A program made the position numbers and the translations under genes. Shown one piece after another: positions 56,673 through 64,000 of a stretch of 64,000 bases of DNA (positions within the stretch are counted from its first letter, which is position 1; each line of letters begins with the position of its first letter). This DNA comes from Thermodesulfovibrionales bacterium (GTDB lineage: Bacteria; Nitrospirota; Thermodesulfovibrionia; Thermodesulfovibrionales; UBA1546). Under the pieces are notes generated by a model. It searched no databases. It saw only the letters and a list, made by a program, of their open reading frames with translations, and was not told where the DNA came from. The stretch is from the NCBI GenBank assembly GCA_049302185.1, contig JBAQLV010000013.1, positions 166,084-230,083 on the forward strand, in the 5' to 3' direction.

Positions 56673-56782
56673 AACGAATTTGCTTCAGCAAAATTCGAAG
56701 TCGTTAAAGACAGTGTATAGTGAATAGTGAACAGTGAATAGAACTGAATACTATTCACTCGGGTCTGTCAACTATTTCTCTG

Positions 56783-57241
56783 GTGAATAACGATAAAAAA
56801 CACATTCATTTCATGAGGCTGGCTCTTGAAGAGGCAAGTCTTGCTTTTTCTGAGGGCGAAGTGCCTGTCGGCGCTGTTCTTGTCAGTGAAGATGTTGTTA
56901 TTTCCCGGACGCACAATACCCGTGAATCATCAAAAGACCCTACTGCGCACGCAGAGATGATTGCAATAAGAATCGGAGCAGAAAAGGGCAGTAGCTGGCG
57001 GTTAGGTGAAGCCACACTCTATGTGACAAAAGAGCCGTGTATTATGTGTGCGGGTGCAATGGTGAATGCAAGGATAGCCAGACTTGTTTACGGCTGTAAA
57101 GATGAAAAAGGCGGAGCAGTTGACAGCCTTTATAAACTCCTGAGTGACAGAAGGCTTAACCATCAGGTTGAGGTTGTTTCAGGGATTCTTAAAGATGAAT
57201 GTGCAGAGATGTTGATAAAGTTTTTTAAGGAACGCAGATAG
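56783..57241 (+). CDS. tadA: tRNA-specific adenosine deaminase TadA
   Basis: CDA fold zinc motifs HAEMIAI and PCIMCAGAM; 152 aa. Confidence 0.9.
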   Translation: MNNDKKHIHFMRLALEEASLAFSEGEVPVGAVLVSEDVVISRTHNTRESSKDPTAHAEMIAIRIGAEKGSSWRLGEATLYVTKEPCIMCAGAMVNARIARLVYGCKDEKGGAVDSLYKLLSDRRLNHQVEVVSGILKDECAEMLIKFFKERR

Positions 57242-57316
57242 ATTCCTGCCATACATCTATTCTTCAATTACTTTTTTGTTTTAAACTAAAAACTACTCAC
57301 TGATAACTGTTGTTAT

Positions 57317-57406
57317 GGAGAGGTGCCAGAGAGGCTGAATGGGGCGGTCTCGAAAACCGTTGTGGGGGCAACTTCACCGGGGGTTCAAATCCCTCCCTCT
57401 CCGCCA
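57317..57406 (+). tRNA. tRNA-Ser (anticodon CGA), CCA encoded
   Basis: Acceptor GGAGAGG/CCTCTCC, anticodon loop CTCGAAA, long variable arm, TΨC GGTTCAAATCC. Confidence 0.85.
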
Positions 57407-57663
57407 TGAAAAACAGTTTAAAGTTTAGAGTTGAAAGTTAAGAGTTAAGACTAACTTACAAAATCAAGAAAGGATGGCGCTGAAGTATGGATAGGATTCT
57501 TGAAAGAAGTAAATATTTAATCTTGATTGCCATTGTCTTTGCAGCGCTTATCGCATTCAGCCATTTCAAAAGCAAGGACTGATTAGAATTCAGATGTTTG
57601 GTATCTTGACATTAAAAAGAAAAGAACCTGAACAGTGCAGTTAAAAGTTAAAATGGCCGTAGG

Positions 57664-58383
57664 GTGGATATGGGGGTTCATGATATGACAGCTTTTTTAG
57701 CGTCGCTCATCTTTGTCGTTTTAGCTGAGATGGGCGACAAGACCCAGCTTCTTGCAATGGCTTTTGCCTGTCGGTATCGCTGGCAGACAGTCATGTGGGG
57801 GGTATTAGTCGCAACAGCGGCAAATCATCTTATGGCTGCTGCACTGGGTAATTACCTGAACGCAATTGTGCCTATGGAATATGTAAAGATAGCAGCGGCT
57901 GCATCTTTCATCATTTTCGGCTTGTGGACTATACGTGGAGACAAACTGCAAGATGAGGACAAAAAATATAAGTTCAGTCCTTTCTGGACAGTAACAATAG
58001 CCTTTTTTATAGCTGAGATGGGTGACAAGACCCAATTGGCAACGATAGCCCTTGCCGTGGAATACAACACCATCATTCCTGTCTGGCTTGGGACAACGCT
58101 TGGTATGCTCATTTCCAATGCCATTGGGATAATATTCGGCATAGTAATGGGTAAGAGGATACCTGAAAGAACGATAAAATGGGCAGCAGCCTTAATCTTT
58201 ATCGGTTTTGGAGTATGGGGGCTTCATGAAACATTGCCGGGACATTTCCGCAGCCCTGTCGTTGTCGCGGCCGGCGCAGCCCTGCTCGGGCTTTCCATAT
58301 ATGTCATGTACCGGATAGGAGGCAAAGAGCCTCAGTTGGCGAATGTCTGCGAGAGGGTTGAAGCCCTCGGCAAAAAAACATGA
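57664..58383 (+). CDS. UPF0016 (GDT1/TMEM165/MneA) family cation transporter, putative Ca2+/Mn2+:H+ antiporter
   Basis: Two copies of the family signature E-x-G-D-(KR)-(TS) (LAEMGDKTQL and IAEMGDKTQL) in a duplicated 3+3 TM topology. Confidence 0.75.
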   Translation: MDMGVHDMTAFLASLIFVVLAEMGDKTQLLAMAFACRYRWQTVMWGVLVATAANHLMAAALGNYLNAIVPMEYVKIAAAASFIIFGLWTIRGDKLQDEDKKYKFSPFWTVTIAFFIAEMGDKTQLATIALAVEYNTIIPVWLGTTLGMLISNAIGIIFGIVMGKRIPERTIKWAAALIFIGFGVWGLHETLPGHFRSPVVVAAGAALLGLSIYVMYRIGGKEPQLANVCERVEALGKKT

Positions 58384-58444
58384 TTCAGACAGAGGATCAG
58401 TCGTCATATAAATCATAAAAAGAAATGGTTCCTTCAGGAACTGT

Positions 58445-61180
58445 TTGATTAATTCTAAAGGGGCATATATGCGCTGGCATCAGAAAGAGACTAAAGATAT
58501 ATTAGACGACCTGCAGTCGTCTTCAAAAGGGCTTTCTTCAGAAGAGGCGCAGAAGCGGCTGCTCGAATATGGCCCGAATGAATTAAAGGAAAAAGAAAAG
58601 AGAACTCTTTTTATGATGTTCCTTGACCAGTTCAAGGACTTCATGATTCTTGTTCTGATTGCTGCTGCAATAATTTCCGGCATTATCGGCGAACCCGCGG
58701 ATACTATAGCCATTATAGTAATCGTTGTCCTTAATGCCGTCATAGGATTTATTCAGGAATACAGGGCGGAAAAGGCTATGGCTGCCCTTAAAAAGATGGC
58801 TGCGCACACCGCCCTTGTATTGAGAGGCGGCATGCCGGCAAATATTTCCGCATCAGAAATTGTTCCGGGCGATATTGTATTGCTTGAGGCAGGGAAAGTT
58901 GTGCCTGCTGATATGAGGCTGATAGAAACCGCACAGTTGAAAGTTGAAGAGGCAGCCCTTACCGGCGAATCTATCCCGGTAGAAAAACATATAAAGGCAT
59001 TGCATGACGAGATGCTGCCGCTCGGCGACAGAAAAAATATGGCATACAAAGGCACTACCGTGTCGTACGGCAGAGGCGCCGGTATTACAGCGGCTACCGG
59101 AATGGACACCGAGCTTGGAAAGATTGCAACCATGCTTCAGGAGGAAGAAGAGGTAAAAACACCCCTTCAAAAAAGGCTCGCTGCATTTGGGAAGAAGCTT
59201 GCCATTGCGGTGCTTGCAATATGCGCCGTAGTCTTCGGCATAGGGGTTTTCAGGGGCGAACCTGCCTTGTTGATGCTCTTGACCGCCATATCCCTTGCTG
59301 TGGCAGCGATACCTGAAGCGCTTCCTGCTGTTATAACCATATCCCTTGCCCTCGGCGCAAAGAAGATGGTTAAGCAGAATGCCCTGATAAGAAAGCTCCC
59401 TGCTGTTGAGACCCTCGGCTCCGTCACATACATATGCTCTGACAAGACAGGGACGCTGACACAGAACAGGATGAGGGTGGAAGAGATATATGTGGACGAA
59501 AGAATAGTAACGAGTTACGAGTTACGAGTTATGAGTAAAGAGGAATTTGATAAACTTGTTACTTGTCACTCGTCACTTGTCACTTTTTTCAATGCCCTTG
59601 CTTTAAGCAATGACGCGAAGCCTGACAGGGATGGGAATATCATCGGCGATCCTACAGAGGTTGCTCTTTTCAATATTGCAAAAGACAAAGGTTTTGATAA
59701 GAATGAGATGGAAAATCAGATGCCGAGGGTTGCCGAAATCCCTTTTGACTCCGACAGGAAGTGCATGACGACGTTTCACAAGATACAAGATACAGGATAC
59801 AGGATACAAGATGGAAAAAATCGTGCATCGTGCATCATGAATCATGCATCTTTTATTTCTTTCACCAAAGGCGCGATTGAAGTTCTTCTGGAAAAATCAG
59901 ACGGCATCCTCAAATCAGGCGGGACAGTAAAGATAGATAGGGAAGAGATTCACAGGGTTAATGAAAGGATGGCTGCTGACGGACTGAGAGTGCTCGGTAT
60001 TGCGATGAGGGGATGGAATGAGCTTCCCTCAGACATGTCCCATGAGAATGTGGAAAGAGGACTTATAATCATAGGCCTTGTAGGCATGATGGATCCTCCG
60101 AGGGAGGAGGCAAGGGAGGCAGTGGCAATGTGCCAAACTGCAGGGATAAAACCCGTTATGATTACCGGCGACCATCCGATTACAGCATGGGCAATTGCAA
60201 GAAGGATAGGCATTATTGAGGAAGATGATGTGCACTTTAACACCATAACGGGAAGAGAACTTGAGAAGTTATCCTTACAAGAATTCGAAGAGAGGGTTGA
60301 ACATATAAGTGTTTATGCGAGGGTTGCGCCCGAGCAGAAATTAAAAATAGTAAAAGCCCTTCAGGACAAAGGTCAATTTGTTGCAATGACAGGAGACGGT
60401 GTGAATGATGCGCCCGCATTAAAAAGAGCAGACATTGGCGTTGCAATGGGAATAACTGGAACAGATGTTGCGAAAGAGTCAGCTCACATGATACTTATGG
60501 ACGATAATTTTGCGACTATTGTAAAGGCAGTAAAAGAGGGAAGAAAGATATATGACAATATAAGAAAGTTTATAAAGTACCTTCTTACAACAAACTCAGG
60601 AGAGATATGGACACTCTTCTTCGCACCCCTTGTCGGCTTGCCGATTCCGCTTCTGCCGATCCATATACTCTGGATAAACCTTGTTACGGACGGGCTCCCT
60701 GCCCTTGCCCTCTCTGCCGAGCCCGCAGAGGGAGATGTGATGAGCAGACCGCCAAGGCATCCCAAGGAGAGCATATTCGCCCACGGATTGGGGCTTCATG
60801 CCATATGGGTCGGTCTCTTGATGGGTGGAGTTGTTCTGTTTGTCCAGGCATGGGCCATCAGGACGGAACATGCTCATTGGCAGACAATGGTATTTACAGT
60901 TCTGTGCCTTACTCAGCTTGGACATGTCCTTGCCATCAGGTCGGAAAAGGAGTCATTGTTCAGGATTGGAATATTTTCAAACAAATATCTCCTCGGTGCA
61001 GTAGCATTGACCTTTGCCCTTCAGATGGCAACGATCTATATACCATTCCTGAACCCTATTTTTAAGACAGAGCCTTTGACTCTAAATGAATTAATATTTA
61101 CACTCGCCATATCATCTGTGGTATTCTTTGCAGTGGAATTAGAAAAGCTTTTCAGGAGGAAGAAATGGCTCAGGTATTGA
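58445..61180 (+). CDS. P-type ATPase, type IIA (Ca2+-transporting, PacL/SERCA-like), with in-frame heptamer-array inserts
   Basis: CSDKTGTLT phosphorylation motif, [24 protein letters not shown], 10 TM helices; 911 aa. Two low-complexity inserts ([10 protein letters not shown]…TCHSSLVT and [10 protein letters not shown]…ASCIMNHAS) are encoded by heptamer arrays. Confidence 0.9.
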   Translation: MINSKGAYMRWHQKETKDILDDLQSSSKGLSSEEAQKRLLEYGPNELKEKEKRTLFMMFLDQFKDFMILVLIAAAIISGIIGEPADTIAIIVIVVLNAVIGFIQEYRAEKAMAALKKMAAHTALVLRGGMPANISASEIVPGDIVLLEAGKVVPADMRLIETAQLKVEEAALTGESIPVEKHIKALHDEMLPLGDRKNMAYKGTTVSYGRGAGITAATGMDTELGKIATMLQEEEEVKTPLQKRLAAFGKKLAIAVLAICAVVFGIGVFRGEPALLMLLTAISLAVAAIPEALPAVITISLALGAKKMVKQNALIRKLPAVETLGSVTYICSDKTGTLTQNRMRVEEIYVDERIVTSYELRVMSKEEFDKLVTCHSSLVTFFNALALSNDAKPDRDGNIIGDPTEVALFNIAKDKGFDKNEMENQMPRVAEIPFDSDRKCMTTFHKIQDTGYRIQDGKNRASCIMNHASFISFTKGAIEVLLEKSDGILKSGGTVKIDREEIHRVNERMAADGLRVLGIAMRGWNELPSDMSHENVERGLIIIGLVGMMDPPREEAREAVAMCQTAGIKPVMITGDHPITAWAIARRIGIIEEDDVHFNTITGRELEKLSLQEFEERVEHISVYARVAPEQKLKIVKALQDKGQFVAMTGDGVNDAPALKRADIGVAMGITGTDVAKESAHMILMDDNFATIVKAVKEGRKIYDNIRKFIKYLLTTNSGEIWTLFFAPLVGLPIPLLPIHILWINLVTDGLPALALSAEPAEGDVMSRPPRHPKESIFAHGLGLHAIWVGLLMGGVVLFVQAWAIRTEHAHWQTMVFTVLCLTQLGHVLAIRSEKESLFRIGIFSNKYLLGAVALTFALQMATIYIPFLNPIFKTEPLTLNELIFTLAISSVVFFAVELEKLFRRKKWLRY
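59497..59852. repeat. Two heptamer-array blocks inside the P-type ATPase ((GTTACGA)4 … (GTCACTT/GTCACTC)4 at 59497-59590; (GATACAA/GATACAG)5 … (GTGCATC/ATGCATC)4 at 59770-59852)
   Basis: Period-7 repeats; each block is array-spacer-(near)inverted array and in-frame. Confidence 0.7.
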
Positions 61181-62082
61181 TGGAGACTGATTTAAAGGAT
61201 ATAAAATTCCTCAGGCGCGGAAAGGTGCGCGATGTCTATGAGATAGATGACTATCTTCTGATAATAGCTACTGACAGGGTATCAGCCTTTGATGTCGTTC
61301 TTCCGAATGGAATTCAGGATAAGGGCAAAATCCTTACTCAGATATCAATATACTGGTTTAACCAGATGAAAGACATAATGGAAAACCATATTGTTGCAAC
61401 AGATGTAAAAGACTATCCAGAGGTTTTACATAAATACAAAGACATTCTTGAAGGAAGAAGCATGCTCGTTAAGAAGGCAAAGCCGATGCCTGTTGAATGC
61501 ATTGTGAGGGGGTATCTCTCAGGCTCGGGATGGAAGGAATACAAAAAATCAGGCACAGTCTGCGGCATTAAACTTCCCGATGGGCTTGTTGAATCCGCAA
61601 GGCTTGATGAGCCGATATTCACTCCAAGCACAAAGGCAGAAGAGGAGCATGACATAAACATAAGCTTTGATGAGATGAAAAAGATTGTCGGTGATGATAC
61701 TGCAAACAAGCTCAGGAATACAAGCCTCAGAGTCTATAAAAAGGCGAGGGAGATGGCAGAGAAGAAGGGAATAATAATCGCAGATACAAAGATGGAATTC
61801 GGCATATATCAAGATGCAGGATGCAAGATGCAGGATGCAAGCAGTCGGAAAGGGAAGTTGATTCTGATTGATGAAATACTCACTCCTGATTCATCACGCT
61901 TCTGGTCTATGAAGGATTATAAGCCCGGAAAAAGTCAGGACAGTTTTGACAAGCAGATTATCCGCGACTATCTTCTTACGCTTGACTGGAACCAGACATA
62001 TCCCGGCCCAAAACTTCCTGATGAAATCGTGGAAAAGACTGCTGCGAGGTATAGGGAGATATTGGGGATATTGACGGGGTAG
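61165..62082 (+). CDS. purC: Phosphoribosylaminoimidazole-succinocarboxamide synthase PurC
   Basis: SAICAR synthetase motifs ([30 protein letters not shown]); the ATG at 61165 has the RBS AGGAGG. Carries an in-frame heptamer insert ([11 protein letters not shown]). Confidence 0.9.
   Translation: MAQVLMETDLKDIKFLRRGKVRDVYEIDDYLLIIATDRVSAFDVVLPNGIQDKGKILTQISIYWFNQMKDIMENHIVATDVKDYPEVLHKYKDILEGRSMLVKKAKPMPVECIVRGYLSGSGWKEYKKSGTVCGIKLPDGLVESARLDEPIFTPSTKAEEEHDINISFDEMKKIVGDDTANKLRNTSLRVYKKAREMAEKKGIIIADTKMEFGIYQDAGCKMQDASSRKGKLILIDEILTPDSSRFWSMKDYKPGKSQDSFDKQIIRDYLLTLDWNQTYPGPKLPDEIVEKTAARYREILGILTG
61801..61846. repeat. (CAAGATG/CAGGATG)n array inside purC
   Basis: Period-7 repeat encoding [13 protein letters not shown]. 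Confidence 0.65.
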
Positions 62083-62090
62083 GGGTATCG
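62030..62090 (+). repeat. Left copy of a ~55 nt direct repeat (purC 3' end: …GAAAAGACTGCTGCGAGGTATAGGGAGATATTGGGGATATTGACGGGGTAG)
   Basis: A second, slightly degraded copy lies at 63343-63400 (…GAAAACTGCGGCGAGGTATAAAAAGATATTGGGGATATTGACGGGGTAAG), with a 26 nt perfect core. Confidence 0.7.
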
Positions 62091-62106
62091 TAGCGCATAT
62101 CATGGT

Positions 62107-62382
62107 TTAATCCTTATATGAGGATACCTTGACCATCTCTATAGGCTGCTCCCTGCCACAATGCTTGCAAACTATTGCATCTTCTTTAATAATCTCTGCA
62201 CAGTAGGAACATTTTTTGGTATATCCTTTAGATGCCATAGGTGGAAGCAATGCAATAACAATAATAAGCAAAGGGAAAAGGGCGCATAGTATAAACCACA
62301 ATATCGGACTGCGCCCTTTTCTTATAGCTATAATGCTCCCCGCAATACCTGCAATAATAAGCAGAATAACATATCTAAACAA
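62107..62382 (-). CDS. Small membrane protein with a C-terminal zinc-ribbon (CxxC…CxxC)
   Basis: 91 aa, two TM helices, then CSYCAEIIKEDAIVCKHCGRE. Confidence 0.5.
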   Translation of the reverse strand: MFRYVILLIIAGIAGSIIAIRKGRSPILWFILCALFPLLIIVIALLPPMASKGYTKKCSYCAEIIKEDAIVCKHCGREQPIEMVKVSSYKD

Positions 62383-62413
62383 TGGGATTCTCTACTTTCT
62401 TATGATTATTAGC

Positions 62414-63271
62414 TTATTTTTTATGTATCTCACCTATACCAATAAATGGCACAGCCCCACCGCCTGTAACCTGCGGGAGGATCCCATTCCATTTTTCTAT
62501 AGCCTTGAGATTGGCCTCTATCTTTCTAAGCTCTATAAGGTCCGGTGAAATATTTGCCCTCTGCAGCCTCAAGGACTCTGCCTCTGCCCTTGCTGTTGTA
62601 ATCCTCTGCTCTGCCTCAATCTTTATTCTATCCAGGTCTCTCTTTGACTTTAGCGCAAGCTGTTCTGCTGTCTGCTTTGACTCAATGGCTTCCATAAATA
62701 TCTTGGAGAAGCTGAAACCTACGATAGAAAAAGCGTCAACTGCTATGTTGTGCGCCAAAAGTCTTTCAGCAAGGTTTGCCCTCATTGCCTCGCTTACCGC
62801 CGGTCTCTTTGTGATAAGCTCTTCTGCTGAATACTTGGCTGTCACAGCCTTTACCACCTCCTGCACTGCAGGGTCTATGATTCGCTCTTTAAAGTGTATG
62901 CCGATGGACTGATAGACAATATTCGCCTTATCCTGAACTATATGATAGTTAAGCGCAACCTCTGAACTCACTTCCTGAAGGTCAGACGATGAAGCAGCGG
63001 CATTCGTTAAAGATTTCTGAACCTTGACATCCATTATGGCAACCTTCTGCATTATAGGTATCCTGAAATGCAGCCCTTCTCCAAGCACATCCTTCTGAAC
63101 AGCGCCAAAATTAAGGACAATCCCTCTTTGACCTGCACCAACCTGCACCCATGGATTTAAAATCAGAAAACCGACCAGAATTGCTCCAATAATCAGCGCC
63201 AGCCTCATAGGTCCTTTCTTCATTGCAGACTGCATTGCCTCCTTAGCCCTGTAAACATCTCTTTCATCCAT
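62414..63271 (-). CDS. SPFH/band-7 domain protein (stomatin/prohibitin/HflC-like)
   Basis: N-terminal TM anchor, SPFH domain (RGIVLNFGAVQKDVLGEGLHFRIPIMQKVAIMDVKVQ…), and a C-terminal coiled coil. Confidence 0.8.
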   Translation of the reverse strand: MDERDVYRAKEAMQSAMKKGPMRLALIIGAILVGFLILNPWVQVGAGQRGIVLNFGAVQKDVLGEGLHFRIPIMQKVAIMDVKVQKSLTNAAASSSDLQEVSSEVALNYHIVQDKANIVYQSIGIHFKERIIDPAVQEVVKAVTAKYSAEELITKRPAVSEAMRANLAERLLAHNIAVDAFSIVGFSFSKIFMEAIESKQTAEQLALKSKRDLDRIKIEAEQRITTARAEAESLRLQRANISPDLIELRKIEANLKAIEKWNGILPQVTGGGAVPFIGIGEIHKK

Positions 63272-63342
63272 TATACTTCCTCCTTCTTTCTTTGTTAATT
63301 ATAGCACAAAGAATAAGGGACACTGTCAAGTCTTTTCTGATG

Positions 63343-63400
63343 AAATTATTGGAAAACTGCGGCGAGGTATAAAAAGATATTGGGGATATTGACGGGGTAA
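63343..63400 (+). repeat. Right copy of the purC-3'-end direct repeat
   Basis: Aligns with 62030-62090; see the left copy. Confidence 0.7.
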
Positions 63401-63525
63401 GATTGCGCCGTGCTGCCCGCCTTATCAATGATAAAGCAGTCGGCATGAAGTCGTTTTGCAAGACCCATGACAGATCGCAAAGCTCGTTAATGCCTGTGTG
63501 CGTGTTATATGAAGTGGCAGTCCCT

Positions 63526-63792
63526 TTATTCTAAGGTCGTTTCAAAGTCTTCTTCAAGCTCTACGGATATTGTATCCATGATGCTCGGTTGAACATGACC
63601 TTCGAGGTCTGTAACTTTTGACAACAAAGCATCCAAATCCTCAGCAGGAATAAATTTACAAAAATCACTGAGGCCGATTTTCTGAAAAGTAGGACGTGAT
63701 AGCTCACCCATGACTTTTTCCTGACGATCCATTGGCGCAACAATAAAAAGCTTGATATTGAGAGCGGGAACAACAGAAATCAAATCGGACAT
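63526..63792 (-). CDS. Hypothetical protein. The frame stays open upstream to 63933, so this may be the 3' part of a gene interrupted by the adjacent IS element.
   Basis: 88 aa ORF from the ATG at 63792. The same frame is stop-free for 47 more codons upstream (…DVIWIRQNAPVCAFEVETTTSIYSGLLR), ending where the IS3-like sequence begins. Confidence 0.3.
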   Translation of the reverse strand: MSDLISVVPALNIKLFIVAPMDRQEKVMGELSRPTFQKIGLSDFCKFIPAEDLDALLSKVTDLEGHVQPSIMDTISVELEEDFETTLE

Positions 63793-63947
63793 CCTGAGAA
63801 GACCGGAGTAAATTGAAGTCGTTGTTTCAACTTCAAAAGCGCAAACAGGCGCGTTTTGACGAATCCAAATAACATCGTAAGCTTCCCCTAAAAGCAGACA
63901 CTCTGTAAGTAGAGCTTTCTGGCAAAATAACCGTCAGGAGGTTCTAA

Positions 63948-64000
63948 ATGAAGAGGACGAGATTCACGGAAACACAGATCGTAGCAATCTTAAAAGAAGC
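63948..64000 (+). mobile_element. IS3-family insertion sequence, 5' end: start of transposase OrfA (HTH), running off the window
   Basis: RBS AGGAGG plus ATG at 63948, encoding MKRTRFTETQIVAILKE…, the characteristic N-terminus of IS3/IS911-type OrfA (HTH transposase_8). The left inverted repeat probably lies in 63870-63945 but cannot be delimited. Confidence 0.6.

Noticed and set aside
63264-63461. 65-aa minus-strand ORF
   Set aside because: It covers the degraded purC-3'-end repeat copy; most likely non-coding.

Overview
This 64 kb window is chromosomal DNA from a Gram-negative-type bacterium (it carries lpxD-fabZ-lpxA-lpxI) with moderately AT-rich coding sequence. Most of the content is core housekeeping. 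The main gene set, in order: a partial protein-kinase-like gene at the left edge; GTP-dependent PEP carboxykinase; an M50 metalloprotease; sufC plus a SufB/D gene; and uvrA co-directional with and overlapping apbE, a NusG-II (DUF1312) gene and an Hpre_diP_synt_I membrane protein. Then come a small uORF followed by a DEAD-box helicase; a complete dcw cell-wall/division cluster (mraZ-rsmH-ftsL-ftsI-murE-murF-mraY-[S11 D,D-carboxypeptidase]-murD-ftsW-murG-murC-murB-ddl-ftsQ-ftsA-ftsZ); lpxD-fabZ-lpxA-lpxI; a LivK-like binding protein; thiE; typA; an HI0933-family flavoprotein; maf; cspA; panB; argH; rpsO-pnp; an M16 peptidase; a PP2C phosphatase; an Rrf2 regulator with tusA-like, iscS and iscU; tRNA-Ser(GCU), tRNA-Arg(ACG) with tadA, and tRNA-Ser(CGA); a UPF0016/GDT1 transporter next to a P-type Ca2+-ATPase; purC; a two-gene zinc-ribbon + SPFH cassette; and the start of an IS3-family transposase at the right edge. 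The unusual content is repetitive and structural rather than a new protein system. First, short tandem arrays of heptanucleotides (3-5 copies, often paired with an imperfect inverted array) occur throughout, including in-frame inside essential genes (murD, ddl, the Ca-ATPase, purC, the apbE signal peptide). Second, a nested palindrome of ~45 nt (C6-spacer-C6-TTAGTAA-G6-spacer-G6) is present in four copies, three of them in-frame inside coding sequence (murE, apbE, a lipoprotein). Third, a ~75 nt double-hairpin element sits at the 3' ends of genes in three copies. Fourth, GC-rich hairpin repeats flank pckG. There are also several decayed signalling genes (a Ser/Thr kinase remnant, a GGDEF remnant, a frameshifted XRE regulator), an iscS homologue whose PLP-binding lysine reads as glutamine, a ~55 nt duplication of the purC 3' end bracketing the SPFH cassette, and a direct repeat inside the ftsA 3' end.
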